In this document: positions 18,273-28,042 of the stretch, piece by piece
Layout of the letters: each line of letters starts with the position of its first letter
Numbering within the stretch: the stretch's first letter is position 1
IMG/VR virus record: IMGVR_UViG_3300036402_000307
Location: 657 to 64,656 of that record
Origin: a virus
Lineage: Duplodnaviria > Caudoviricetes
DNA length: 64,000 nt
Strand: one strand, 5' to 3'
Made by a program: the position numbers and the translations under genes
Notes under the pieces: model-generated
What the model was told of the DNA's origin: nothing
What the model saw: the letters and a program-made list of their open reading frames with translations, nothing else
Database searches by the model: none

Positions 18273-18475
18273 GGCTTACGCCCCATGCGCAGGTCGTGCT
18301 CTTCCTGCTCCCTCTTGTCGCGCTTGCGGCTGTAGTGCCAGGTCAGCAGTAGGCCGATCACGCCGATCACGACACCGGCCAGCATGCCCACCGTGTTCGC
18401 GTCCAGGCCGAACAAGAAAGCGCCGGTCCCGCCGCCGTACATCAGCCCCGGTGCTGCTTTCTCAATCGGGTTCAT
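18269..18475 (-). CDS. Holin
   Basis: 68 aa, TM helix, basic C-terminus, upstream of endolysin. Confidence 0.75.
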   Translation of the reverse strand: MNPIEKAAPGLMYGGGTGAFLFGLDANTVGMLAGVVIGVIGLLLTWHYSRKRDKREQEEHDLRMGRKP

Positions 18476-18575
18476 CGGTTCGGTCCTTTCGTCGCGTCAG
18501 CTGTTCGGCCACACGGTCTTGAGCGGATGCATGCGATGCTTTCCCGCGCAGCAAGCACATCCGTAGAATGCCCAC

Positions 18576-18797
18576 GTGGACGACCTCCAGACGACCGACT
18601 TCCGCGTGGACTGGCACCTGGTGCCAGAGGTCCGGAAAATCGTTTCCGCAAGGGTTCGCCTCTCGTTCACGGAACGGAGCCGCTGGCTTGGCTTCGTCGT
18701 CGTGTTCACGGTCAGCGGTCCCCAGAGCGTTGTCGAGGCAGTTGGCAAAGAGATCGATGGCCTGCAGCTGGAGGATTGGTACGGCGGCATGTGGTAG
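18576..18797 (+). CDS. Small counter-oriented hypothetical protein
   Basis: 73-aa ORF between holin and tail spike on the opposite strand. Confidence 0.5.
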   Translation: MDDLQTTDFRVDWHLVPEVRKIVSARVRLSFTERSRWLGFVVVFTVSGPQSVVEAVGKEIDGLQLEDWYGGMW

Positions 18798-18800
18798 CCA

Positions 18801-21044
18801 TCACGTCACCGGCAGGCAGGTCTTGAAGAACCCGATACCAGGGTTGATGAGGCATGCAGTGAATCCGGCCGTGTTCGGGTGGATGCCGTCACTGGTCCAC
18901 GTTGGCGTGGTGAGCGATGACAGGCTGGAGATCGCGTACAGGTCCAGCACCGGGATACCGTACAGGGCACCCACGGCCCGCAGTGCCGTGACGTAGTTGA
19001 TCGGGTCCGCGGTGGAGGTCCGCATGGGCGTGCAGATCACCATCCGCTGCGCAGGCTTCCAGCCAAGCACCGTCTCCACGAAGTTTTTTGTCTGGCCGTA
19101 GAAACTGGCCGTCGCCGTGGAGTCGGAAATCGAACCGACGGCCGTCCCGGCCAGGTAATCGTTGATGCCCAGCGCCAGCACCGTGAGGTCGATGTTGGTG
19201 AAGTCGCCAGAAGCCATCGAGGAGCCGTCGTGCTTCTTCAGCGCGTTGAGCATCACTCGCCCGCCTAACGCGCAATTCGTGACGCTGAACCCATGGTAGG
19301 CCCCAACCTGCACAAGCCAGTCGATGCCGATGCCGGATGCCGGGTCGCTGATGCTGTCGCCCTGAACGAGCGCCTGTTTGCCAAACCACTCTCCCGAAAT
19401 GTTGGAGCGCATCGCCGGGGTGATCGCCGAAATGCCGCCCGGCGTCGTGGTGCCGTGGTAGACCTGCAGGTTGGCGACGCGGTTTGCTGAGGTCAAGTAG
19501 CCCAGTCGCATCCAGAAGCAACTAGCCGGGACGGTGATCTGCGTCAGGCCCGTCATGAACGCGCCGTCTTGGCGGTACATGACGCTCTTATCTATGTCAA
19601 AAAAGTAGGTGTGGCCGTTGAGGGTGCCGGCCCCGTTTGCGTAAACCGTGTAGGTTTCGCCCGGAATCACGGGGATCAGCTCGGTCACGAAGCTGCCAGC
19701 CGACGCAGTGGGTGCACCGTTGGCGTCGAACGTGTAGTCCACAAACGTGGTCGCGCTGTTGTGGAGGTTGCGCAGCGGCCAGTCATACAGCGCCACATGC
19801 GTCTCGCGCCAGAGCGTGTAGGCGCCTGGGCGCCCGAACGGCAGGTAGTACGAGGGCAACGTCTGCCCCTGCACCACCACCAGATCGTGCTTGGTGCTGT
19901 TCAGCCTGCCGTTGGTGGTGCCAATCTGGAACGTGGCTCGGACATACGCAGCCGTCGATGGGACGGCGTAAGGAGTGTTGGCGGTGATCGGGCCGGGGCT
20001 GGACAGCAGGGTTTGGCTAGCGTCGTAGAAATGCAGCCCATAGCCAGCTACGCCAGACTGGTTCGATGTGATGTAGCTGCCGGCCACCACCTGCATGAAG
20101 TCGGTCACGAAGTAGCCGGCTAATGCCGTCGGCGTGCTGCTGCCGTCTGCAAGAACGAAGCTGTCCGTCGCGGCGGCCTTGTTGAAGATATTTACCGGGC
20201 CGAGTTCCTCTAGCGGTCCCAGCTTCGCGGCTTTCAGTTCGATGTCGAGGTAGGAGCCTGAGACGACTGCATAGAGCAACGTCTGCGTACCAGCGGAATC
20301 GCGGCGATACACAGTCGGCCGAGTGAGCCCGTCGCTGCCTCCCGCCTTCACCCCAAACGTGAACGTGTCCGCCACGGCGGCACGTCCGAGCGCGATGGTG
20401 TCGTAGAACTTCGCGCCGGTCGCGGCGAGCGCGGCGTAGGACTCCGCGTTCGTTTTGGCGGTGGCGGCAGCGGTGGCGCTAGTGGCAGCGGCCGTGGCGC
20501 TAGTGGCGGCAGAGGTGGCGCTGCCCGCCGCTGCAGTGGCGCTCGTGGCGGCGGCCGAAGCGCTGGTCGCCGCTGCTGCCGCACTGGCTACAGCGCTCGC
20601 AGCATTGGCGGCAGCGCTCGCAACGCTGCTTCCCAGGAAGATCTGGAACTTGCCGAAGGTGCTGTTGTAGATCAGCGTGACCACCGACCCTGCCGCAATG
20701 TCACCGGCCGCCAGGGGCCCGCCTGCCTCGGAGACGATCTGCTTGGTGCCCAGCCCGTTCAGGTTCAGCGTGGGCGTTGTGCTCGTGTTGGGAGCAGCGA
20801 ACTTCACCCGCAGCGACATCCCGTCGGTGTAGGCGGTCAGGTAGGTTGCCGAAATGCTGGCCGTCCAGGCGTCCACCGAGCCGCCTGCGGTCGCGTAATT
20901 GGCACTCGCGCCCCAAGTCTGGGCCGGCGTGGGCAGCTTGTCGAAGGCTGCCTCCAGGCTGGCAAATTCGGCGCGAAGCGTGGAGGAGCTGCCGCGCGAC
21001 TGCGTCACCGGGACGCTGCCCGGCGTGAACCATTGATTGCTCAT
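18801..21044 (-). CDS. Tail fibre/spike with C-terminal SGNH esterase domain
   Basis: N-terminal attachment region (NTSTTPTLNLNGLG), A/S/T stalk, GDSIS, GIND, DGIHPN. Confidence 0.85.
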   Translation of the reverse strand: MSNQWFTPGSVPVTQSRGSSSTLRAEFASLEAAFDKLPTPAQTWGASANYATAGGSVDAWTASISATYLTAYTDGMSLRVKFAAPNTSTTPTLNLNGLGTKQIVSEAGGPLAAGDIAAGSVVTLIYNSTFGKFQIFLGSSVASAAANAASAVASAAAAATSASAAATSATAAAGSATSAATSATAAATSATAAATAKTNAESYAALAATGAKFYDTIALGRAAVADTFTFGVKAGGSDGLTRPTVYRRDSAGTQTLLYAVVSGSYLDIELKAAKLGPLEELGPVNIFNKAAATDSFVLADGSSTPTALAGYFVTDFMQVVAGSYITSNQSGVAGYGLHFYDASQTLLSSPGPITANTPYAVPSTAAYVRATFQIGTTNGRLNSTKHDLVVVQGQTLPSYYLPFGRPGAYTLWRETHVALYDWPLRNLHNSATTFVDYTFDANGAPTASAGSFVTELIPVIPGETYTVYANGAGTLNGHTYFFDIDKSVMYRQDGAFMTGLTQITVPASCFWMRLGYLTSANRVANLQVYHGTTTPGGISAITPAMRSNISGEWFGKQALVQGDSISDPASGIGIDWLVQVGAYHGFSVTNCALGGRVMLNALKKHDGSSMASGDFTNIDLTVLALGINDYLAGTAVGSISDSTATASFYGQTKNFVETVLGWKPAQRMVICTPMRTSTADPINYVTALRAVGALYGIPVLDLYAISSLSSLTTPTWTSDGIHPNTAGFTACLINPGIGFFKTCLPVT

Positions 21045-23155
21045 CAGGATCCTCCCCGCGACAAGCGCCGCGGAACGTATTGCAGGTTCACCCCGGTGAC
21101 CGTGTGCGGGTCGTCCTGGGCCCTGCTGCTGTAGAACAGGAAGGCGATGTTGTTTTCGGTGCCGTCGATGGACAGCTGCATGTTGGAGACGACCTGCGCA
21201 TCCCATGTGAAGCTGTCCCAGTCGAACTGATCCCAGTACACGCCCTCGCCCACGATCGGCTGGTCAACCTGCACCACCGCGGCCTCGACATCTGGGTTGC
21301 CGTAGCCGAGGTCGTAGCTGACGTTCACGCGGCCGTAGCCGTCGCTCTCAGTCTCGAAGATCGCCCACTTGTAGGTCTTGCGCAGCTGCGGGGATTGCAG
21401 GTTGTTGAACGCTGGGCGAATCCAGGCCTCGATCACTCCGCCGTCGAAGCTGGTGCCTACGCTGTCCTTGTAGACGTAGCCGTTGTCGGAGCCGAAGTAG
21501 GTGACCTCGATGCCGGTGCTCAGGTTGGCGTTGCACAGGCAGCGCACAGGCAAGCCGTAGTCGAGCAGCATGATCCCGCTGGTGTTGCCGCTGGAAACCG
21601 GCATGCCGTTGACCCAGCTGGTCTTTCCACCGGCCAGGCCCACCACCAGGGCGGTGTTGTCGCTAAAGAAGATGCGGTACTGGTTCTTCGTCTTCAGCGA
21701 CACCGAGGCGGTCTGCAGGCCGACCTTCGTGGCCAGCAGGGGCTGCACCAGCGTGCTGATCGCGGCGAAATCGAAGGAGCCGTAGTTCTGGGTAGCCACC
21801 AGCGACTGGATGCCGCGGCTGGTCAGGCCGAACACGTCGTTGCCCACCGACTGCAGGCTCCAGGACTCGAATCCCAAGTCCGAGCCGGAGGGCACCAGGT
21901 TGAAGTCGGTGATGCTGGAGCCGTACAGGATGCTGTAGGAGCTTGCCACCGACACCAGCAGGGACGCCCCCGCGTTGTTGCCCTTCAGGGACTTGACGCC
22001 CGTGATGATGTCGCCCATGGCGAACTCCGCAGCGCCGGTGATCACGGTCCAGGAGTACGGCTGGTTGACCCCGCTTTTCTGCAAGCTCGCCCCGAAGGTG
22101 AACCACAGGCAGTTCTTGTGCCCCGCGACGTGGCTGGGCGCGTCCGTGGTCATCCCGGTGCGGATCGGGATGTAATTGGTGCCATCGAACTCGAAGCCGA
22201 GGTTGACCCCGTCGGCGCCGTAGATGCGCTTGGTGGCGGCCGAGCCGCTGAAGTTGGCCAGCTCCGCTTCCACTCGCCCACCCGCCAGCCGGGTGATTGC
22301 CGTGTCGGCGCCGCCGGCCACTGCCTTGATGACCGCGGCGACCTGCAAGTTCTCTGCGGCCTGGAAGACACCGGTTACGCCAGACAGGATCAGCGTGCCG
22401 ACACCTGACACCGTCCACGTGCCGGTGCGCAGCATGGCCCGCACCACCGTGGCCGTGGCGCCCGAGGTTGCGCCGGTGATCGTGACGCCCGCGAGAATCT
22501 CCGCAGTGGCGCCGGTGAACTGGATCTCGCGGCCGAAGGCGACCTGCACCCAGCCGGTGGCGCTTTGCTTGTAGAGGTCCCCAGCCGTGGCGCCCGCGTT
22601 GTCGCGGAACGCGTGGACGATGTCGTTGAACACGAAGATGCCGCGGATCTGGCCGGAGCCCGGTACTGCCTGGATGTCGGCACGCCGGTCGTTGGCAGCC
22701 AGCAGCGTGTAGTCGGCGTGGTCGGATGCCGAGGTGGCGCCGCTGACCGAGGAGACGCTGGTGGTGGTCGCCCGCGGCGTGCCGCCCACGTTCAGGACCT
22801 CGCCGGACACGAAGGCTCCGGACACCCGGCCCAGCACCAGGGTGGCACCGGAGATGGCCAGGACCTTCCCGGTTGCCGCGCTGGTGACGCCGGTGACGGT
22901 GTTGCCCACCGCCAGGGCGCCGGTGATGGTGGCCAGCAGCAGCCAGTAGGCGGCGCCAGTCGGGGCGGTGCGCCCGTCGCTGCGCTCGAAGCCGTTGATG
23001 CGCCGGTAGCCGCCGCCCACCGCGGGCTCGTAGTTGTGGGCGCCGAAGCAGGACCCCGGGTTCTTGGTGATGGCCGGCGTGACCAGGTCCAGCCCGCCCT
23101 TCATGGCGTGGAAGGACGTCTTCACGTCCGGGAACCGCTGCTTGGTGTTGGCCAT
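21044..23155 (-). CDS. Tail nozzle / packaged-DNA stabilisation protein
   Basis: 703-aa beta-rich protein after adaptor; GGLDL, GGYRRING motifs. Confidence 0.65.
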   Translation of the reverse strand: MANTKQRFPDVKTSFHAMKGGLDLVTPAITKNPGSCFGAHNYEPAVGGGYRRINGFERSDGRTAPTGAAYWLLLATITGALAVGNTVTGVTSAATGKVLAISGATLVLGRVSGAFVSGEVLNVGGTPRATTTSVSSVSGATSASDHADYTLLAANDRRADIQAVPGSGQIRGIFVFNDIVHAFRDNAGATAGDLYKQSATGWVQVAFGREIQFTGATAEILAGVTITGATSGATATVVRAMLRTGTWTVSGVGTLILSGVTGVFQAAENLQVAAVIKAVAGGADTAITRLAGGRVEAELANFSGSAATKRIYGADGVNLGFEFDGTNYIPIRTGMTTDAPSHVAGHKNCLWFTFGASLQKSGVNQPYSWTVITGAAEFAMGDIITGVKSLKGNNAGASLLVSVASSYSILYGSSITDFNLVPSGSDLGFESWSLQSVGNDVFGLTSRGIQSLVATQNYGSFDFAAISTLVQPLLATKVGLQTASVSLKTKNQYRIFFSDNTALVVGLAGGKTSWVNGMPVSSGNTSGIMLLDYGLPVRCLCNANLSTGIEVTYFGSDNGYVYKDSVGTSFDGGVIEAWIRPAFNNLQSPQLRKTYKWAIFETESDGYGRVNVSYDLGYGNPDVEAAVVQVDQPIVGEGVYWDQFDWDSFTWDAQVVSNMQLSIDGTENNIAFLFYSSRAQDDPHTVTGVNLQYVPRRLSRGGS

Positions 23156-23850
23156 CAGCAAAGCGGCGGGCCCAGGGTGATCGCGCGCAGCTCGGTGGCC
23201 TCGATCTCCCGGATGATCTTGTTGAACTCCATCTTGCCCTCGTCGTAGATCTCCGGGGCCGCCTCCGAGACGCCGTAGAACATCATGGCGCGGTACACGA
23301 TGGCCCAGTGGTACTGCACCGGCAGCGCCGGGGTGTCGTCGCCCGAAACCAGTTCGGAAGGCACCTTGTAGTAGTCGCCGGTCAGGGTGTAGCCGGCGGC
23401 CGGGATCGGCCCGACAACAAGGCTGCGATCGGGTGCGGCAGCCACGACGAGCGGGCGCTGGTAGCTGGTGCGGTTGGCGCCAAGCAGGTACTGGTTGCGC
23501 CAGTCGTCGTACTGCATCACGCCCAGGAACTGCTCGTCCGGCAAGCCGGTGGCTGTCAGGTAGGCGCGGAAGGTGTCGCCGTACTCGCTGTCCAGCGCCC
23601 AGTAGCCGAAGGTGGCGGCGATGTTGAAGCTCGAGGCCGTGTACGAGGAGATGCCCTCCAGCGTGGTGCACGAGCAGGAGGCCCGCAGGAAGTTCCAGTC
23701 GGTGTGCTGCCGCTGGATCGACATCCACGCCTCGTTGGTGAACGAAAGCAGGCGCGTGTATTCGGCGGTTTGCCCGGTCACCGCGGACGGCCCACTGCCC
23801 GGGGCGCGGCACTTCACGCGCAGTTTCTGGGCCAACGCAAGGTAGTTCAT
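23155..23850 (-). CDS. Head-tail adaptor protein
   Basis: MNYLALAQ..NEAW..DWNFL..DTPALP..YHWAIVY pattern of podovirus adaptors. Confidence 0.7.
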   Translation of the reverse strand: MNYLALAQKLRVKCRAPGSGPSAVTGQTAEYTRLLSFTNEAWMSIQRQHTDWNFLRASCSCTTLEGISSYTASSFNIAATFGYWALDSEYGDTFRAYLTATGLPDEQFLGVMQYDDWRNQYLLGANRTSYQRPLVVAAAPDRSLVVGPIPAAGYTLTGDYYKVPSELVSGDDTPALPVQYHWAIVYRAMMFYGVSEAAPEIYDEGKMEFNKIIREIEATELRAITLGPPLC

Positions 23851-23871
23851 GGCGTGCTCCGAAGCGGATCA

Positions 23872-23896
23872 AGAAAGGGGCCGGTGAAGGCCCCTG
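23872..23896 (-). terminator. Intrinsic terminator-like hairpin in late operon
   Basis: AGGGGCC-TTCACC-GGCCCCT followed by TTCTT. Confidence 0.55.
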
Positions 23897-23911
23897 TCGT
23901 AAGCACCTCGG

Positions 23912-24448
23912 TTACACCGTGGCGGAGAACGGAGTGGCAGCCGTACCGGAAATGCGCGTGTGCAGCAGCACGCGCCAGGCGTTGAGCGCCACGTCCTCGA
24001 TGTCCAGGTAGTCGCCCTTGAAACCGCCCGTCGTGGTGCCGTTCATGGTGATGGTGTCGCTCTCCGTTCCAGCAGTGCCGGTGTTGGCCGTGGAAAACGC
24101 AGTCGACGCGCCGGTCGCGCCCGCCTGGTAGACGTTGCCGAACATGAAGTCGGATGCGTTCGCCACCTTGATCGTGGTGCCGATCGAGGTGATGGTCGTG
24201 CCGATGTACAGGCGGTAGCGCGCACCTTGCCCGGTGGAGGCCGGCAGGGTGAGGGCGATGCCGGCGGCGGAGTTCACGGTGAGGACCTTGCCGTCGTGCA
24301 CATCCTGGTTGAGCGTGAGCGCCGCGGTGACGTTGACCGCGCGGGTGCGCGGCCACAGCCGCTCGATGGCCGTGATGATGGCGCGCGCCGTGCGCTTGTC
24401 CGGGATGGCCTGGAGGGCCTGATAGACCTTGTCGGTGATGAGAGGCAT
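23912..24448 (-). CDS. Putative head fibre/decoration protein
   Basis: LTLPASTG..Y motif; T/G-rich. Confidence 0.6.
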   Translation of the reverse strand: MPLITDKVYQALQAIPDKRTARAIITAIERLWPRTRAVNVTAALTLNQDVHDGKVLTVNSAAGIALTLPASTGQGARYRLYIGTTITSIGTTIKVANASDFMFGNVYQAGATGASTAFSTANTGTAGTESDTITMNGTTTGGFKGDYLDIEDVALNAWRVLLHTRISGTAATPFSATV

Positions 24449-24510
24449 GGAAGACTCCTGAAGTTGGAAGTTGGTGAGTTGGGATCAAGAGCCTTGCGGC
24501 CCCGGGAAGC

Positions 24511-24984
24511 TCAGGCCGATTGCGCGACCTGCTGGACCCACTTCATCCCGCCCTGCGGGTTGCGGTCCTCGATCAGCCGAATCCGGTACGTGGTCTTCAC
24601 GTTCGGGGTCAGCTGGTTGAACTCCTTGCCGGAGTTGTCCTTGCCGAAGGCGCAGCCGAACTTCACCGTCTTGGCGGCCAGCGCGGCGTACAGGAACTTG
24701 CGCTTGATCTGCTGCGGCTCGCCGCGCTTGATGTACTGGTTCACGCCGTTGTGGCCGGTGAAGACGAACACCGGGGAGTTCGGGTCTTCGTCGCCCTCGA
24801 CTTCGACGACGACGATCTCCTCCATGAACTTGGCCTCCTTGGCGATGAAGTCCATGTCGCGTTCCTGCACGACTTCGATGTCGCCGGGGTCGAAGCCGGT
24901 TTCGTTCAGCTCCGGGGCGGAGTCGACGGTGGTGCGGTTGACAGCCTGGACGTCGTCCGAGCTGATGATGGCTTTGCGGGGCAT
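24511..24984 (-). CDS. Hypothetical protein in capsid module
   Basis: High GC3 ORF with GGAG RBS. Confidence 0.7.
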   Translation of the reverse strand: MPRKAIISSDDVQAVNRTTVDSAPELNETGFDPGDIEVVQERDMDFIAKEAKFMEEIVVVEVEGDEDPNSPVFVFTGHNGVNQYIKRGEPQQIKRKFLYAALAAKTVKFGCAFGKDNSGKEFNQLTPNVKTTYRIRLIEDRNPQGGMKWVQQVAQSA

Positions 24985-24997
24985 GCTGGCTCCTGTG

Positions 24998-25027
24998 GAA
25001 AGAAGAAGGGACCCCGAAGGGCCCCTT
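24998..25027 (-). terminator. Intrinsic terminator-like hairpin
   Basis: AAGGGGCCC-TTCG-GGGTCCCCTT followed by CTTCTTT. Confidence 0.6.
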
Positions 25028-25033
25028 GCGTCT

Positions 25034-25531
25034 TCAGCTCGTTTGCGGCCGATCGGGCATGGTGACGATCTCCGTCACCGCGCTGGCCGTGATGCCGGTG
25101 GCGGTCCAGGAGCCCGTGCCCGCCACCCAGGACGACGCGCTGGGCGCAGCGCGCACCAGCAGGTAGCCGATCGGGAGGAAGTCGTCCGGCAGCACCGGGA
25201 ACTGCGGCGCCTTGATGAAGGCGCCGGCGGTCGTGGTGACGCCGATCTGCGTGTCCTCGATGGAGCCCTGCGCCATCTGGATGGCGCCGGCGGCGGTCGT
25301 GCCGAACACCAGCACCGTCGCCTTGTTCACGGCCAGGGCCGGGAAGGCCAGGCCGGTCACGGCGTCGGTGGTGGGGGTGGCCGTGTTGGTCTGGGCGGTG
25401 AGGCCCGCCACGAACTTGCCGCCGATGGCACCGACCACGGTGGCCGTGGTGGTGTAGGTGCTGGTCGTGCCCTTGGTGATGCCGGACTTGACCAGGTTGA
25501 TGGTCAAGCCGTGCGATTGGCGATCGTTCAT
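25034..25531 (-). CDS. Putative capsid decoration protein
   Basis: Directly downstream of MCP; T/A/G-rich. Confidence 0.6.
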   Translation of the reverse strand: MNDRQSHGLTINLVKSGITKGTTSTYTTTATVVGAIGGKFVAGLTAQTNTATPTTDAVTGLAFPALAVNKATVLVFGTTAAGAIQMAQGSIEDTQIGVTTTAGAFIKAPQFPVLPDDFLPIGYLLVRAAPSASSWVAGTGSWTATGITASAVTEIVTMPDRPQTS

Positions 25532-25632
25532 CGCGCGCTCCTTGAAATGGAAAGGCCGCCGAGGATGTGCCGCGGCGGCCTTGGGGTGGAATGGAAGAAA
25601 GCCGCCGATTCCTCAGCGGCCCAGCTCACGGT

Positions 25633-26793
25633 TTAGGTGAGGGCGGAGATGGTGACTTCGCACACGGCCATCCAGCCGTGGTTAGTGACCACTCCAGCGT
25701 CATAGAACGTGGCCGACACGTAGCCACGCTCGCCGGTCGGGTCGGACTTGTCCGCCTTCGACACGGGGATGTGGTTGTACTTGAAGGCATCCAGGCCGCG
25801 GAAGGCGGTGTGGCCCCACGCGTCCTTGGCCATCACGAACAGCTGGTACACGTCGGCCAGGGTGCCGGTCGTGGACAGGTTCGTGGTGCCAGCGATGGCG
25901 GCGCCGGCGTCGATCACCTTGGGCATGTCCGGGCTCAGGATGAAGCGCACGGAGCCGACGGCGCCGAGCTCCATCTCGTGGGCCGGCTTCATGGAGCCGT
26001 AGTCCTTGACCGCCGTGTAGCCGGGGATGGCCTCGACGTCCTGCTGCAGGTCGGTGTGTCCGAAAGCCAGGTAGGCCTTCTGGATGGACGACGTGCCGTA
26101 GTTCGCCGACGGGGCCAGCACACCGCGCATGAACACGGCGTGGCTTGCGGCCAGGCTGCGCGTGACGCGGTTGACCAAGTTCAGGTTCACCGGCTGGGAC
26201 ACGGTGGCGCGCGTGGTGCCGCCGCTGTAGAAGCGGTTGGTGCAGCCCTGCACGGCGCCGATGTACACCAGCTCGCGCACCAGACCCAGGCGCTCGCCCA
26301 GCTGCTCTTCCATCCAGGCGGGAACGTCGTCCTCGCCCAGGGATTCCTGCCGCTCGGTGTAGCCGTACAGCGCGCCGTACTTCTGCACCTGCACGGTGGT
26401 GTCCAGGATGGTGATGCTTTCCGCCGGGGGGGTGACGCCTTCCTGAATCAGGTTGGCTGCGGCCGTGGTGGTGTACGTGTTCGGCGAGGCGGCCGTGGCA
26501 CCGAAGGGCACGACTTGGCGGAACACGACGGTGTCGCCCATCTTCACGGGCTGTTTCCACACCTCGCCGGAGATTTCCAGCGTGTCGGTGTGGATGGCGT
26601 GCTTGAGGATCTGGCCCTTGATGCGGCCGATCCGCTGCGCCGGGGAGGCGTAGCCTGCGAGAGGTCCCGCCATGGCCGCCATGCTGAGCGAGCTCAGCAC
26701 ATCGGGTGGCACGAGGCCCGAATGCCACGCGAGCGCGAGGCACAGGCCCAGCGCCAGCATCAGCATGGCGCGGGTCGAAAAAAGCTTGGTCAT
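25633..26793 (-). CDS. Major capsid protein (N4-gp56-like) with hydrophobic N-terminal extension
   Basis: IQEGVTP, QKYG, HTDLQQD, ELGAVGSVRFI, DPTGERG motifs; AGGAG RBS before ATG 26793. Confidence 0.85.
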   Translation of the reverse strand: MTKLFSTRAMLMLALGLCLALAWHSGLVPPDVLSSLSMAAMAGPLAGYASPAQRIGRIKGQILKHAIHTDTLEISGEVWKQPVKMGDTVVFRQVVPFGATAASPNTYTTTAAANLIQEGVTPPAESITILDTTVQVQKYGALYGYTERQESLGEDDVPAWMEEQLGERLGLVRELVYIGAVQGCTNRFYSGGTTRATVSQPVNLNLVNRVTRSLAASHAVFMRGVLAPSANYGTSSIQKAYLAFGHTDLQQDVEAIPGYTAVKDYGSMKPAHEMELGAVGSVRFILSPDMPKVIDAGAAIAGTTNLSTTGTLADVYQLFVMAKDAWGHTAFRGLDAFKYNHIPVSKADKSDPTGERGYVSATFYDAGVVTNHGWMAVCEVTISALT

Positions 26794-26803
26794 TGCGTAA
26801 CTC

Positions 26804-27730
26804 CTAAGAGTTGAACCCTTCTTCGAAGCCTTTTCTCATGGCCTCGTCGTCGGATATGGTTGGGGGACTGGCCCGCGGCACGCCCTGGGGCGTCACTGCC
26901 GCTTTCAGCCGTTTCTGGTTCGCGTCTTCTGCCTTGGCAGCCGCGGTCTTCCACTCGTAGAAGCTGGTCAGCTTCCTGATAACGTGGTACGGGTTGTCGC
27001 TCGTCTCGAAGGCCTTCGCTTCGTCCTCGCCGATGGCTGTGCGCCAGGCCAGGTAGTCCGCAGTCGGCTTCTTTTGCTTGGTGACCGGGTCCTCGGTAAA
27101 GAGGTCGGCCTTCCAGTTCGGGTGCGCATCCGATACCGCGGCGTCGCGCAGCTTTGCGGTTTCCCTGGCGACGCCTTGAGACACGAGGGTCTCGATTTCC
27201 TTGGGATCTGTGCCCTTGGCCGCCGTGAGCCCGCCGATGACCTTCGCGAGGTCCTCGATGAGAGGTTCGGCAATCTCGGGGTACTCCGCTTTCAGCTTGG
27301 CAAGCTCGACCGGCGTGGCGGCGGCGGGTTTCCCCTCGGCCTCCTTCGTGGCGGTGAGCTTGATCAGCTGGTCGTTCAAAGCACCGTAGCGGCCTTCCAG
27401 CCTGCGCATCGCCAGTTTCAGTTCCGCGTTCTCGTCTGCCTTCGGACTCGGCGTCGTGGTCGACGCGGCTTCCGTGGTGGCGGGCGTTGCTGCGGGCGTG
27501 GTGCTGGCTTGGGCAGGAGTGGCGGGGGCAGCCGTCGCTTCCGACGCCGCTGGTACGGCCTCGGTGCTCGCCGCAGCAGCGTCGGCGGCCTTCTGGGCTT
27601 CGGTCGTCTCGGCAGGCTTGGCAGCCGCCGGGGGTTCCTTACCTTCGAAGGACGCGCTGAACGCTGCTTCGGCGTCGGCTTGATCCTGCTGGATTTCGGT
27701 CTTCTGCTCGTTCTCCGTTCCCGTGGTCAT
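26804..27730 (-). CDS. Scaffolding protein
   Basis: Acidic/Ala-rich coiled protein between portal and MCP. Confidence 0.7.
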   Translation of the reverse strand: MTTGTENEQKTEIQQDQADAEAAFSASFEGKEPPAAAKPAETTEAQKAADAAAASTEAVPAASEATAAPATPAQASTTPAATPATTEAASTTTPSPKADENAELKLAMRRLEGRYGALNDQLIKLTATKEAEGKPAAATPVELAKLKAEYPEIAEPLIEDLAKVIGGLTAAKGTDPKEIETLVSQGVARETAKLRDAAVSDAHPNWKADLFTEDPVTKQKKPTADYLAWRTAIGEDEAKAFETSDNPYHVIRKLTSFYEWKTAAAKAEDANQKRLKAAVTPQGVPRASPPTISDDEAMRKGFEEGFNS

Positions 27731-27790
27731 TGAGGGGGGCTCCAAAAGCAAAGCCCGCCGAAGCGGGCCACACAGCGAAGGCGAAACGGG

Positions 27791-28042
27791 CTACTCGCCC
27801 TGTTCCTCGTCCGCCACCATCAAGCCGGGTCCGGGTTCCCCCAAAGCCAGCAGATTTGAAATCTCGCGCAGGCTGCCCCTGAGCACTGCGGTCTGCGTGA
27901 GATCGAGATTCGGGTTGTCGTTCTTGCGGCGCAGCACATCGCGGCGGTCCTGCAGGTGTTTCTTCAGCTTCACCCACGTCGGGGATTGCCGGTCGCTCAG
28001 GTCCAGCCGGAACTCCGGCTCCTGCTTGGGGACTTCGGTCAT
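27791..28042 (-). CDS. Small conserved protein downstream of portal
   Basis: SPTWVKLKK..LRRKND..TAVLRG; coupled to portal stop. Confidence 0.7.
   Translation of the reverse strand: MTEVPKQEPEFRLDLSDRQSPTWVKLKKHLQDRRDVLRRKNDNPNLDLTQTAVLRGSLREISNLLALGEPGPGLMVADEEQGE

Noticed and set aside
20455-20620. Short tandem repeats resembling an array
   Set aside because: They encode the Ala/Ser/Thr stalk of the tail fibre; no spacers.
18801-21044. Diversity-generating retroelement or invertible tail cassette
   Set aside because: No reverse transcriptase, template/variable repeat pair or invertase seen in the window.
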